Part shown: piece by piece, positions 27,891-38,398 of the stretch | How positions within the stretch are numbered: the stretch's first letter is position 1 | How the letters are laid out: each line of letters opens with the position of its first letter | From: Treponema sp. | Lineage (GTDB): Bacteria; Spirochaetota; Spirochaetia; Treponematales; Treponemataceae | Reading direction: 5' to 3' | Assembly (NCBI GenBank): GCA_045123335.1 | Contig: JBGVIP010000028.1 | Span: 310 to 64,309 of the forward strand | Length of the DNA: 64,000 nucleotides | Notes under the pieces: generated by a model | What the model was told of the DNA's origin: nothing | Seen by the model: the letters and a program-made list of their open reading frames with translations, nothing else | The model's database searches: none | Program-made: the position numbers and the translations under genes

Positions 27891-28961
27891 TTACGGCTGC
27901 TTAATAAAATCTTTCATGCAGTTCCAGAACTGTTCGGCAACTTTTTCGTGGTTAAAGTCAGAAAGCCGTTCCTGTTGATTTTTAAGAATTTTTTCCTTAA
28001 GGGAAGAATCAGTAAGAATTCTGTTCATTACGGCTGCTGTAAGTTCCGGATTTTTTTCTTCCAGCAGGAAGCCGCTTCCATTCAATGTCCACGGAATTGC
28101 AGAACTTGCATACGCAACAATCGGAATGTTAAAGAACATTGCCTCAACAAGTGGAACGCAGAATCCCTCATGCTCGCTCATGCACAAAAACAGGTCAGAA
28201 AGCTTGTAGTAGGAGAGGATTTCATCGAAGCGGGTATGCCCGGTGAAAATAACATTCTTTACATTAAGTTTTTTTGCGTATTCTTTTAATTTTTCGCTGT
28301 AGTTTTCGCAGTTGTCCGGATTACCTACCAGAAACAGACGAGATTTTTTGTTGTAATTTTTCTGATATGCAGAAAAAGCACTGATTACGTTCTCTGACTT
28401 TTTGTTTGGAACAACTCTTCCAAGAAAAATGATGTTTGCATAATCATCATCGTATTTATTCAAGACGGACATATCCGGCTGTTTTTTATAGTCATCAAAT
28501 GGAATAAGAATAGGCAGTACGTTTATTTTGCAGGTATAACCCATTTCTAAAAGGTTTTGCCTGTTGAATTCTGAACATGCAAAAACCATATCAAAAGTGC
28601 TGTTAAGGCTTTTTACCTGTTCCAGTCCGCGGCGGCAGTAATCGGCACTCTTATTATTGTAACCGTTAAAGAATTCTGGAGGTGTAATGTTGTGGTAAAT
28701 CATTATTTTTCGACATTTTACGGTTTTTATCCACTCGTTAAGTTTTGTAGCGCCTCCAATATGAAGTATTATGAGGTCGCTTTCCTGCGGCTTGTATGCA
28801 GAAAAATCTTCTGCAAGTTCGGAAGGAATGCGTGGATCGATTTTTTCTGCATAAATGTTTGTCTTATAGCCGCTTGCTTTAATTATGCCGTAAATGGCAA
28901 GTATATCATTGCTTATGGCGTCTCCATATGAGAGTGAAGAAAAAAGCTGAATTATCCTCAT
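27891..28961 (-). CDS. Glycosyltransferase family 4 (GT-B)
   Basis: GDAISND, YHNITPPEFF, FLGRVVPNK and SEHEGFCVPLVEAM motifs. Confidence 0.9.
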   Translation of the reverse strand: MRIIQLFSSLSYGDAISNDILAIYGIIKASGYKTNIYAEKIDPRIPSELAEDFSAYKPQESDLIILHIGGATKLNEWIKTVKCRKIMIYHNITPPEFFNGYNNKSADYCRRGLEQVKSLNSTFDMVFACSEFNRQNLLEMGYTCKINVLPILIPFDDYKKQPDMSVLNKYDDDYANIIFLGRVVPNKKSENVISAFSAYQKNYNKKSRLFLVGNPDNCENYSEKLKEYAKKLNVKNVIFTGHTRFDEILSYYKLSDLFLCMSEHEGFCVPLVEAMFFNIPIVAYASSAIPWTLNGSGFLLEEKNPELTAAVMNRILTDSSLKEKILKNQQERLSDFNHEKVAEQFWNCMKDFIKQP

Positions 28962-29308
28962 TTTTGTTCCTTTGAATTGTTTTTTTCTTTCAGGCAGTTT
29001 AATTCTGTTTCCAGATAATCTATCTGTTCGTGCATGGAATCAATTTTTCCGATTAGTTCCCTGTTTATGGAATTCTGCATGTCCATCATCTGAATAAGTG
29101 ATTTTTTAATCATCTTTAATGCAATTTTATTAATTAATTTTTTTATTCCTTTGCCCATGCTGATGTTTTCTATTTTTACAGAATACCCTTTTTGTGCAGC
29201 AGGACTGATTTTAATTGATTCAAAAACCGCAGAATTGCCTTCAATTTTTTTGTTAAGAGTGCTGTTTAATTCATCAATAATTTTTTTTGTATTAATTGAT
29301 TCCATCAT
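28958..29308 (-). CDS. Hypothetical coiled-coil protein coupled to the GT4 gene
   Basis: Likely start is ATG 29308; ATGA overlap with the GT4 start; C-terminal heptad pattern. Confidence 0.6.
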   Translation of the reverse strand: MMESINTKKIIDELNSTLNKKIEGNSAVFESIKISPAAQKGYSVKIENISMGKGIKKLINKIALKMIKKSLIQMMDMQNSINRELIGKIDSMHEQIDYLETELNCLKEKNNSKEQK

Positions 29309-29482
29309 AAGACCTTTTATATATGATTGTTCGGGCATTTTGCAGCACGAGTTTTTTCGTATATAATATGAAATGAAAACATTATACTGCATTTTACAAA
29401 TAAAATACATTGTAAATTTAAAAAGTTACTTTTTTTATTTGATTTGTGAGTATTTTCTTCTATTTATTTATAAGGAACAGAT

Positions 29483-30451
29483 ATGAAAGATGTTACAGTT
29501 GTAATTCCATCATATAACAGGGCGAGGATTTTGCCGAAGACAATTCCAACTTATATTCAGCCGGAAGTAAAAGAATTAATCATTATTGATGACTGTTCAT
29601 CTGATAATACGATGCTGGTTGTAAAAAAACTGCAGAAAAAATATCCGATCATTAAATATTTTAGAAATGAAGTAAATTCAAAGCAGACTTTCAGTAAGAA
29701 TGTCGGCATTAAAAATGCAAGTTGCGATTATATTTATTTTGGCGATGATGATTCAATAATCAAGCCGGGTACAATCAGGAAATTAATTGAAGTAAAAGAA
29801 AAATATGGCTTTGATCTTGTTGGTGCCAGATATTTGACATGTGAAGATTACTGTAGCGACAGAATCAGAGATATTGCTGCCTATGAAATTTGGAAAAGAA
29901 AATTATGGACTGTGGACGGATCTCGCATTTCAAATCTTGAACCTTTCAGGTCTTTCTTCTGCGGATATTGCAATGCAGAATATGTTGAAGTTCCTTATGT
30001 TCACGCCTGTTTTTTAACGGATCGCAAAATTGCAGCTGAAACTCTTTTCAGTACATTTTATACGGGGTGCGCTTTAAGGGAAGAAACTGATTTTATTATC
30101 CGCTGTCTGCTTGGGAACAAAAAAATTGCCTATGTACCGGATGCCTGTCAGATTAATCTTGCACCGAAATATGTAAAATCTACCGGGGCAAGAACCGGCG
30201 GGCAGGAAGCATGGTTAAAATCGGCACTAGAATGCAATGAAATCTTCTTTACAAAATATTGGGAGTCTTTAAAGGAAAAATTCAACCTGACTTATTCTCT
30301 GGAACAGATACTGGAACAGACTTCAAAGGATATTAAGGACTGTTCTGCATCAACTAACAAATTCAGCTTGTATGAATATTTATATTTTAATCTGCATGTA
30401 GTCCGAAAATATCGTCCTAAAGGGAAAGAGTGGAAATATAACTGTAAATAG
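29483..30451 (+). CDS. Glycosyltransferase family 2
   Basis: VTVVIPSYNR, IIDDCSSD, KNVGIKNA and FGDDD motifs. Confidence 0.9.
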   Translation: MKDVTVVIPSYNRARILPKTIPTYIQPEVKELIIIDDCSSDNTMLVVKKLQKKYPIIKYFRNEVNSKQTFSKNVGIKNASCDYIYFGDDDSIIKPGTIRKLIEVKEKYGFDLVGARYLTCEDYCSDRIRDIAAYEIWKRKLWTVDGSRISNLEPFRSFFCGYCNAEYVEVPYVHACFLTDRKIAAETLFSTFYTGCALREETDFIIRCLLGNKKIAYVPDACQINLAPKYVKSTGARTGGQEAWLKSALECNEIFFTKYWESLKEKFNLTYSLEQILEQTSKDIKDCSASTNKFSLYEYLYFNLHVVRKYRPKGKEWKYNCK

Positions 30452-30528
30452 CAGCAAAATTTGCACTTTGAAACATCGGGTGTATAATTAAAGAATGTCA
30501 TTCTATAGAATGGCAAAGGTGGCGACCG

Positions 30529-31329
30529 ATGACGATTTCAGATGAAGAATTCAGCAAGGTAATAAATTTGATTACGCAGAGAACTGGAAATCAGCTGCGG
30601 GATTCTTATATTATGGGATTAAGGCGCTACATTGAGCGCAAGCCGGCCTTTGACATAAAGAATGAGTCTGATGTTGAAGACATAATCAACGAAGCTACTG
30701 TAAATGAAACCTATTTTTTCAGGGAAGAAAAGCAGTTTGATGCCCTTAAGGATTATTTTTTTCCGGAATGGAAAAAGGCGCACGGGCTGGTTCCTTTAAA
30801 AATCTGGAGTGCGGCAAGTTCTACCGGTGAAGAAATTTATTCCATTGCGGCGTTTGCAAAGTATTTGGGAATGAATGTTGAACTTTCTGCAAGTGATATA
30901 AATACTGCGGTTCTTAAAAAGCTTGAATCCGGCTATTTTATGCCAAAGACCGGGCGGCACTTTGACGGTGATGAATACAGGAATATTATAAGCTGTTACC
31001 TTAAGCCGGACGGCAGTTATGAGTTTCCGCCGGAATTTTCTCGTTCCATAAAAACCATGCAGGTAAATCTTTATGATTTTGCCTTTGCCGGAAAAGCCTT
31101 TAATCATCCTGCTGAGCAGAACCTTATCTTTATACGCAATGTGTTCATCTATTTTGACCGAGAAACCCGCGGGCGCATCCTTAAGGGAATTGCGGAACGT
31201 GCGCTTGCTACAGACGGATATCTTTTTGTATCTATAAGTGAAGTTGCAAGTTTTGATGCGGAAATAATTCCTTCCTGCCTTGAAAAAATACGAGTGGGCG
31301 GAATTTACTGTTTTCATAAAAAGAAATAG
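30529..31329 (+). CDS. cheR: CheR-type chemotaxis methyltransferase
   Basis: TVNETYFFRE, KIWSAASSTGEEIYS, ASDIN and IFIRNVFIYFD motifs. Confidence 0.88.
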   Translation: MTISDEEFSKVINLITQRTGNQLRDSYIMGLRRYIERKPAFDIKNESDVEDIINEATVNETYFFREEKQFDALKDYFFPEWKKAHGLVPLKIWSAASSTGEEIYSIAAFAKYLGMNVELSASDINTAVLKKLESGYFMPKTGRHFDGDEYRNIISCYLKPDGSYEFPPEFSRSIKTMQVNLYDFAFAGKAFNHPAEQNLIFIRNVFIYFDRETRGRILKGIAERALATDGYLFVSISEVASFDAEIIPSCLEKIRVGGIYCFHKKK

Positions 31330-31410
31330 TGGTTAGCAGCATCTAATAATATTTCTTTTAGCTTTCTTTAAATAGACTTATTGAGAATTTCTCTATATAA
31401 TTATTCTGTT

Positions 31411-32799
31411 ATGAAACTGCATACTTTTAAGGGTGGAATTCATCCTAAGGAAATGAAGGAATTAAGCAATCAGTGTCCTATTACTGACGCTTTTCCTGCT
31501 TCTAAGACTGTTACTATTCCCGTTACTATGGGCGGTGCTCCAAATACTCCTGTAGTTAAAGTCGGTGATCTGGTTGCAAAAGGTCAGGTAATTGCAACCG
31601 GCGATAAATTTATGAATTGTCCTGTACATGCTTCCATTGCCGGAAAGGTTAAGAAAATCGGAAGCCACATTGTTACGGGAAACGGCATGGTTCCATGTAT
31701 TGTTATTGAATCAGACGGTTCTGACCGTACTGAATTTATGGAACCTCTTGATCCGTTTACTTGTTCGCATCAGGATGCCTTGGACAGAATTAAGGCTGCA
31801 GGTATTGTAGGTATGGGCGGTGCTTCTTTTCCTGCTCACGTAAAATTAAATCCTCCGGAAGATAAAGAAATTGAATACGTTCTTGTAAATGCTGCTGAAT
31901 GTGAGCCGTATCTTACTTGTGACGAACGTACAATGCAGGAAACTCCGGACCGCCTTATTGATGGGCTTGCAATCATTTTGAATCTTGTTGGCGCAAGCGG
32001 AATTATTGCCCTTGAAGACAACAAGGCATACATCAAGCCGATTCTTGAATCTGAAATTGAAAAGAAAGGTTACGGTGATGATATTTCTGTATGCATTGTT
32101 AAGACAAAATATCCTCAGGGTTCTGAAAAATTTATTGTAAGTTCTTGTCTCGGCGTTGAAATTCCAAGCGCTAAGCTTCCTGCTGATGCAGGCTGTATAA
32201 TTTCTAACGTTGGAACTGTTTGCGCCATAAGCGATGCATTCCGTCTTGGTAAGCCGCTTATTGAACGCGCCCTTACAATTTCTGGCGGCGCTGTAGAAAA
32301 ACCTTGCAATGTAAAAGTTCCGGTTGGAACTCTTATAAGCGATCTTATGCCGGAGACATTTAACCTTAAGGATGGAGAAGCTGTAAAATGCATTTCCGGC
32401 GGTCCTATGATGGGCTTTGCAATGTCCACTATCGAATTCCCGGTTGCAAAGGGAACAAGCGGTGTAACATTCCTTACAGAAAAAGAAACTTATCTCGGTT
32501 CAGAAGATCAGTGTATTGGCTGCGGCCGCTGTGCAAGTACCTGCGCAATGCGCCTTAATCCGATTATGATTATGCGTTCATTAAAAGAAGGAAACGTTGA
32601 CAGGGCTAAAAAATATGGTCTTATGGACTGTATTGAATGCGGATGCTGTGCATTTGTATGTCCGGCTCATGTCCGCATTGTTCAGCGCGTCCGCCTTGGA
32701 AAGGGTATTGTCCGCATGAAGATGGCAGAAGAAAGGGCTAAGGCTGAAGCCGCAAAAGCTAAGCAGGCTGCAGAAGGAGCAGAAAATGGCAGAAAATAA
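31411..32799 (+). CDS. rnfC: Rnf electron transport complex subunit C
   Basis: TFKGGIHP, AGIVGMGGASFP, NAAECEPYLTCD, KYPQGSEK and GGPMMG motifs plus two CxxCxxC clusters. Start at ATG 31411. Confidence 0.95.
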   Translation: MKLHTFKGGIHPKEMKELSNQCPITDAFPASKTVTIPVTMGGAPNTPVVKVGDLVAKGQVIATGDKFMNCPVHASIAGKVKKIGSHIVTGNGMVPCIVIESDGSDRTEFMEPLDPFTCSHQDALDRIKAAGIVGMGGASFPAHVKLNPPEDKEIEYVLVNAAECEPYLTCDERTMQETPDRLIDGLAIILNLVGASGIIALEDNKAYIKPILESEIEKKGYGDDISVCIVKTKYPQGSEKFIVSSCLGVEIPSAKLPADAGCIISNVGTVCAISDAFRLGKPLIERALTISGGAVEKPCNVKVPVGTLISDLMPETFNLKDGEAVKCISGGPMMGFAMSTIEFPVAKGTSGVTFLTEKETYLGSEDQCIGCGRCASTCAMRLNPIMIMRSLKEGNVDRAKKYGLMDCIECGCCAFVCPAHVRIVQRVRLGKGIVRMKMAEERAKAEAAKAKQAAEGAENGRK

Positions 32800-33856
32800 A
32801 TTTCACATATCATCAAGTCCGCATTTTTCGTTGGGAAATACAACTCAGAAAATAATGCTGACTGTGCTTATAGCATTGCTGCCGGAAGTAATTGCCGGTA
32901 TTGCAGTGTTCGGCATACATGCCTTGATTGCAGTTGCTGTTTCTGTTTTTGGCTGTGTTCTTTTTGAATCATTATTCCAGAAAGTAACAGGACAGAAAAA
33001 TACTGTTTCAAATCTTTCGGCAGCAGTTTCTGGCGTAATGCTTGCGCTGGTTCTGCCTTCTACCGCTCCTGTATGGATGATTCTTTTGGGCGACCTGGTT
33101 GCAATGGTTATTGCCAAGGGAATTTTTGGCGGAATCGGCAGCAACGTGTTCAACCCGGCTTTGACTGGTCGTGCTGTTCTTTTTATAAGCTTCCCGGCTG
33201 CAATCGGCGCTTCATGGGCAACTCCAGGCAATCTTGATGCTGTATCATCTGCGACTGTGCTTGCACGCGTAAAGGCAGGCACTCTGGAAAATTTCGATTT
33301 CTTGCAGTTCTTTATTGGTAATCGCGCCGGCTGTATTGGAGAAACTTCAATTCTGTTGATTCTTGTTTCTTTTGTGTTCCTGCTGGTTGCTAAGATAATT
33401 GACTGGCGCGCACCGCTTGCAATGGTTTTGACTGTTGCGGTTTGTACGTTCCTAGGCGGGATTTCCAGCGGGCTTGAAAATGCCTGCCGTGATGTTGTAA
33501 TTGCGCTTCTTTCTGGTGGACTTTTATTCGGTGCAACATTTATGATTACTGATTACGCTACTGCGCCGGTAACTCGTCCTGGTCGCCTTATTTTTGGTTT
33601 TGGAGCAGGACTTATTACTTTCCTTATCCGCAAATTCGGCGGTTACCCGGAAGGCGTTATGTTCAGTATTCTTGTGATGAATGCACTTGCTCCTCATCTT
33701 AACAGAGTTACAGGCCGCATGTACGGTTATGGAAAAAAAGGTCATCAGAGACCGTGTTCTGCAAAAATCAACATGGAATTTGACCTTACTACTGCAAAAG
33801 AACGCAAGCTGTCAGATGCTCAGTCTGCTGCAGAAGGAGACAAAAAGAATGATTAA
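32786..33856 (+). CDS. rnfD: Rnf subunit D
   Basis: SSSPH, KGIFGGIGSNVFNPAL, flavinylation site SSAT, GCIGETS and ATFMITDY motifs. Confidence 0.95.
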   Translation: MAENKFHISSSPHFSLGNTTQKIMLTVLIALLPEVIAGIAVFGIHALIAVAVSVFGCVLFESLFQKVTGQKNTVSNLSAAVSGVMLALVLPSTAPVWMILLGDLVAMVIAKGIFGGIGSNVFNPALTGRAVLFISFPAAIGASWATPGNLDAVSSATVLARVKAGTLENFDFLQFFIGNRAGCIGETSILLILVSFVFLLVAKIIDWRAPLAMVLTVAVCTFLGGISSGLENACRDVVIALLSGGLLFGATFMITDYATAPVTRPGRLIFGFGAGLITFLIRKFGGYPEGVMFSILVMNALAPHLNRVTGRMYGYGKKGHQRPCSAKINMEFDLTTAKERKLSDAQSAAEGDKKND

Positions 33857-34424
33857 ATTGGGAATAATTCTTGCAGTATATGCTGCTGTATCCTGTACTG
33901 TTCTTGCAGTTGTAAATAATTTTACGGCGCCAAAAATTGCCCTGAATCAGGAAAATAAAGTTAACAGTGCAATGAAGGCTTTTTTTCCTGAAGAAGGATT
34001 TACTTTTGAAAGCGTTACTGATTACGAACCAAAAGCCGTTGGTTCTGTAAAAATTGAATCGCTCATTATTGCTAAAAAAGACGGACAGGTTGCCGGCGGT
34101 GCAGCTCAGGTAAACGGTCCTACATACGATCAGGGAACAATTCTGGTCGGAATGGATAAAGACGGTGTAATAAAGGGACTTAAATTCCTTAAGCTTACAG
34201 ATTCTCCTGGTTTTGGACTTAAGGCAAACGATCCGACCTTTACGCTTCCTTCCGGAAAGACTTTTTACGGTCAGTTTGAAGGAAAAAACGCAAAGGACGG
34301 ATTTACGGCTGGCGAAACTTTTGATGCAATTTCTGGAGCAACAATTTCCAGTGTTGGAATCGCAGGTCTGTTAAAAGAGGGTACAGATGCCTTGTTCCGT
34401 TATATAGGAGGAGACAATGAATAA
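33849..34424 (+). CDS. rnfG: Rnf subunit G
   Basis: Start at ATG 33849; N-terminal TM; DSPGFG; FMN site DAISGATISS. Confidence 0.93.
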   Translation: MIKLGIILAVYAAVSCTVLAVVNNFTAPKIALNQENKVNSAMKAFFPEEGFTFESVTDYEPKAVGSVKIESLIIAKKDGQVAGGAAQVNGPTYDQGTILVGMDKDGVIKGLKFLKLTDSPGFGLKANDPTFTLPSGKTFYGQFEGKNAKDGFTAGETFDAISGATISSVGIAGLLKEGTDALFRYIGGDNE

Positions 34425-35151
34425 GCAGCTTCAGATTTTTTCTAATGGTTTTGTAAGGGAGAACCCGCTGCTGGTTCTTAATATTGGACTCTGTTCATCT
34501 TTGGGTGTTACTACAAGTATTTTTAACGGACTTGGAATGGGCATGGGTATGCTTTTCGTTCTTGTGATGAGCGAAATTGTAATCAGTGTGTTCAGAAAAT
34601 TCATTCCGTCGGCAATACGACTTCCAGTATTCATCATTATTATTGCGGCTTTTACTACAATTGTTCAGCTTGTCCTGAATGCATACGTTGAATCGCTTTA
34701 TGAGGCGCTTGGTGTATTCCTTCCGCTTATAGTTGTAAACTGTATCATCATGGGACGAGTAGAGGCTTTTGCTTCTAAAAATAATGTTGGAAATTCTATT
34801 CTTGATGCTCTTGGAATGGGGCTTGGCTATACAATCGTTCTTGTGCTTATTGCATTCTTCAGGGAACTTCTTGGAGGTGGAACTCTTATGGCCGGAACTG
34901 CCCTTAAGGTTACTGTAATTCCAGAAGCATATAGAATCGGTGTGTTCAACAGTGCGCCAGGCGGATTTATGGTATTCGGTTTCCTTGCCGCTCTCGTTCA
35001 GTTCTTTAAATTCCTTTCTGCAAAAAAGAAGGGTCAGAAATGCCAGGAACCGACTGCTCACGACTGTTCTGCATGTTCAGCTGTATGCGGTTCCCGTGTT
35101 CAGCCTGCTGCGGCAGCAAAATCTGAATCAACAGAAGGAGGTGCAAAATGA
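34417..35151 (+). CDS. rnfE: Rnf subunit E
   Basis: ENPLLV..GLCSSL and LPLIVVNCIIMGR motifs; short Cys-rich C-terminal tail. Confidence 0.95.
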   Translation: MNKQLQIFSNGFVRENPLLVLNIGLCSSLGVTTSIFNGLGMGMGMLFVLVMSEIVISVFRKFIPSAIRLPVFIIIIAAFTTIVQLVLNAYVESLYEALGVFLPLIVVNCIIMGRVEAFASKNNVGNSILDALGMGLGYTIVLVLIAFFRELLGGGTLMAGTALKVTVIPEAYRIGVFNSAPGGFMVFGFLAALVQFFKFLSAKKKGQKCQEPTAHDCSACSAVCGSRVQPAAAAKSESTEGGAK

Positions 35152-35726
35152 CAGACATGCTCCAGCTTTTAATTAAATCAGCTATTATTGATAACGTTGT
35201 ATTCATCCAATATCTTGCAATCTGTCCGTTTGTCGGCATGACAAGTGATACAGACAAGGCTGCGGGCATGGGTATTGCTACTTCTTTTGTTATTGTGCTT
35301 GCTACTGCCGTAACATGGCCTATCTATAAACTGGTAATGGTTCCGCTTGGACTTGAATTCCTTCAGACGCTGTTTTTTATTCTTGTAATTGCTTCTCTTG
35401 TTCAGCTTGTTGAATTCTTCCTTAAGAAATCAATTCCGGCTTTGTACAAGTCAATGGGTGTTTACCTTGCACTTATTACTACAAACTGTGCGGTTCTTGG
35501 TGTAACAATCAACTGTATCAGCAAGAACTATAATTATGGCGAAAGTCTTGTTTATGCCGTTGGTTCTGCAGCCGGATTCCTTTTAAGTATGGTTGTAATG
35601 GCTGGCGTAAGGGAAAGAATTAAAATCGCTTCAATTCCGCAGAGTTTTAAGGGTTCACCAATCCTTTATGTTGCTGCAGGGCTTTTAAGTCTTGCCTTTA
35701 TGGGATTTAAGGGACTGATCAAATAG
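35148..35726 (+). CDS. rnfA: Rnf subunit A
   Basis: YLAICPFVG and YLALITTNCAVLG motifs. Confidence 0.95.
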   Translation: MTDMLQLLIKSAIIDNVVFIQYLAICPFVGMTSDTDKAAGMGIATSFVIVLATAVTWPIYKLVMVPLGLEFLQTLFFILVIASLVQLVEFFLKKSIPALYKSMGVYLALITTNCAVLGVTINCISKNYNYGESLVYAVGSAAGFLLSMVVMAGVRERIKIASIPQSFKGSPILYVAAGLLSLAFMGFKGLIK

Positions 35727-35747
35727 GATTTTTGACTGGAGAACGAT

Positions 35748-36548
35748 ATGACTTTGATTATATATACAATCGCAGCTGCCCTTGCCATTGGATTCCTTCT
35801 GGGAATTCTGCTTGGGCTTTTTCAGAAAATCTTTGCCGTAAAGGTTGATCCGAAGGTTCAGGCTGTGCGCGAGGCTTTGAGCGGTGCAAACTGCGGTGGC
35901 TGCGGATACGCCGGATGTGACGCTTTTGCAGAAGCTGTTGTTGCCGGCGACGCTCCTGCAAACGGATGTGTTGCGGGAGGTTCTGCTGTTTCAGAGAAGG
36001 TTAGTGCCGTAATGGGCGTTTCTGCCGGCGGCGCAGAAAAGAAAGTTGCTTTCCTTGCCTGTAATGGAACAAAGGATTGCGCAAAAGACAAGGGCGAATA
36101 TGAAGGCGTAAAAACCTGTGCTGCGGCTCAGCTTACAATGAACGGAACAAAGCTCTGTGCATTCGGCTGTATCGGTTACGGTGACTGTGTGGAAGCCTGT
36201 CCGTTTGATGCGCTTTCTATGGGGGCAGACGGACTTCCTAAGGTTGATGCGTCTAAGTGTGTTGGTTGCGGAAAATGTGCTAAGACATGTCCGAAACATC
36301 TTTTCTCTCTTATTGATGCAGGAACTAAGGGTGCTATTGCGCGCTGTTCAAACCACAGTGACAACAAGCCGCAGATTAAGAAAGACTGTTCTGTAGGCTG
36401 TTTTAAATGCGGTATCTGTTCTAAAAAATGTCCTCTGGGTTGTATAGACATTACTTCTGGTATTCCAAAGATTGACTACAATCAGTGCGTAGGCTGCGGA
36501 GTATGTGTAGAATCATGCCCGGATAAGGTTCTTACCCTCATTGGCTGA
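35748..36548 (+). CDS. rnfB: Rnf subunit B (polyferredoxin)
   Basis: LSGANCGGCGYAGC motif and multiple CxxCxxCxxxCP clusters. Confidence 0.95.
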   Translation: MTLIIYTIAAALAIGFLLGILLGLFQKIFAVKVDPKVQAVREALSGANCGGCGYAGCDAFAEAVVAGDAPANGCVAGGSAVSEKVSAVMGVSAGGAEKKVAFLACNGTKDCAKDKGEYEGVKTCAAAQLTMNGTKLCAFGCIGYGDCVEACPFDALSMGADGLPKVDASKCVGCGKCAKTCPKHLFSLIDAGTKGAIARCSNHSDNKPQIKKDCSVGCFKCGICSKKCPLGCIDITSGIPKIDYNQCVGCGVCVESCPDKVLTLIG

Positions 36549-36706
36549 TATATTATACCTGAAAGGTGAGCTTAATATATTTCTGCAAACTTATTTGAGT
36601 ATAAAACTCACCATTCAGGCAATTTAGTAAAAATTAAGCACACAAGAATTTACCTGCAATTAACAGAGAATCTGTTTTCAATCTGCGCTTTAAAATCTAT
36701 CATCTG

Positions 36707-38386
36707 GTGATGATTTGGAATTTGCTTTTACAGATATCCGGGTTTGCGGGCGCTTTGTGCCTTCTTCTGTTTGGAATGGACATGCTTTCTGACGGAATTC
36801 AGAAAGGTTCAGGTAACAGTCTTCAAGCTTTGTTGGGACGGCTGACCGGGAACAGGTTTTCGGCTGTTTTAACTGGAATCGGAGTTACTGCAATAATTCA
36901 GTCATCCGGTGCTACAACAGTAATGGTTGTAAGTTTTGTAAATGCTGAACTTATAACGCTGGTCCAGGCAATTTCAATAATTTTTGGAGCGAATATCGGA
37001 ACCACTGTTACCGCCTGGATAGTTTCCTTCTTTGGTTTTTCTTTCAGCATAAGTAAGATTGCAATTCCGCTTTTTGGTGCTGGCTTTGTACTGAAATATT
37101 TTAAGCGCCTTAAGATTCATAATTTTTCTGACTGCTTTATGGGATTTGCGTTCTTGTTCATGGGTCTTGATCTTCTAAAAAGCGCAGTCAGCCTGAATAC
37201 AGAAACAGTTTCTTTCCTTAAAACTTTTTCTGAGATGGGATTTCTTGGGCTTATGCTTGGAGTTGCAGCGGGCGCATTTTTTACGGCTCTTATTCATTCG
37301 TCTTCTGCAATGACGGCAATTGTCCTGACCATGGCTTCTGCCGGTTCTTTGAGCTGGGAGCTCTCGGCAGCAATTGTGCTTGGAAGCAATATCGGTTCCA
37401 CTGTGGATGCTGTCATGTCGGCATTTGGGGCGTCTGTAAATGCAAAGCGGACAGCGGCCGTTCATGTTGCCTTTAATGTTACCGGAACGCTTATTGCTCT
37501 CATCTTTTTTGAGCCGTTCCTTAATCTTGTAGACATGATGATTCCGGGTTCGCCTGCGTCAAATATTACTGTGCACATTGCAATGCTTCATACATGCTTT
37601 AATGTTATGGCAACCCTGCTTTTTATTCCTTTTGTAAAACAGATTGCGCAGCTTTCCGAGCGGTTTATTACGGTAAAAAACGAAGAAATGGATTCTCACT
37701 ACAGACTTCCGGCCATTCTGCCTCATTCGCATTTAAGTGCAGATCTGTATGCTTTTCAAATTCGTACGGAAATTACAAGGATGGCGGGAAAGGTCATGGA
37801 AATGCTGGATATAATTTCCGCTGCCTTGAATGGAAAAAAGCCTGCTGATGAAGAAATGGTTCAGGATGTAAACGCCCGTGAAAACTACGTTGATGAAATG
37901 CATGAAGCGATTACAAATTTTATTCAGAAATGTTACCGTTCTACAAATGCCACTCATTCAGACCGTCAGTATCTTTCGCGGTTAATTCATGTTACCCAGG
38001 CTCTTGAAGATTTAAGTGATGAATTCTGTTCACTCATGCATACTGTAGAAAAATATACGAATCGGAAAATTTTTAATCCTGATTCCGGAAGGATGAAAAA
38101 ACTCCTTGTTTTTCTTGAGCAGGTTCACGTTTTTTACGAGCAGGTCTGCATTTTTATTGCCTTGGGAATTTCCAGTGAAGGGAAAAAAGTTTTTGCCCAG
38201 ATGCAGGATGAAATTGAAAAAACAAAAAAAGAGCTTAATAAGTCCAGCCGCCACCGGATTGAAGCCGGTAACGACGTTAAAGCTGAACTTGATTATATGG
38301 ATATTCTTAGAAAACTTAAACGTTCCGGGGATTGCGTTTACACTCTTGTTCAGTCATTGTGCAATTCCGGCGGGAATGCGTGCTAA
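36707..38386 (+). CDS. Na+/phosphate cotransporter with PhoU-like C-terminal domain
   Basis: IQSSGATTVMVV, GANIGTT, IHSSSA and GSNIGST repeats; helical cytoplasmic tail. Confidence 0.92.
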   Translation: MMIWNLLLQISGFAGALCLLLFGMDMLSDGIQKGSGNSLQALLGRLTGNRFSAVLTGIGVTAIIQSSGATTVMVVSFVNAELITLVQAISIIFGANIGTTVTAWIVSFFGFSFSISKIAIPLFGAGFVLKYFKRLKIHNFSDCFMGFAFLFMGLDLLKSAVSLNTETVSFLKTFSEMGFLGLMLGVAAGAFFTALIHSSSAMTAIVLTMASAGSLSWELSAAIVLGSNIGSTVDAVMSAFGASVNAKRTAAVHVAFNVTGTLIALIFFEPFLNLVDMMIPGSPASNITVHIAMLHTCFNVMATLLFIPFVKQIAQLSERFITVKNEEMDSHYRLPAILPHSHLSADLYAFQIRTEITRMAGKVMEMLDIISAALNGKKPADEEMVQDVNARENYVDEMHEAITNFIQKCYRSTNATHSDRQYLSRLIHVTQALEDLSDEFCSLMHTVEKYTNRKIFNPDSGRMKKLLVFLEQVHVFYEQVCIFIALGISSEGKKVFAQMQDEIEKTKKELNKSSRHRIEAGNDVKAELDYMDILRKLKRSGDCVYTLVQSLCNSGGNAC

Positions 38387-38398
38387 GGCTGTAATTTA

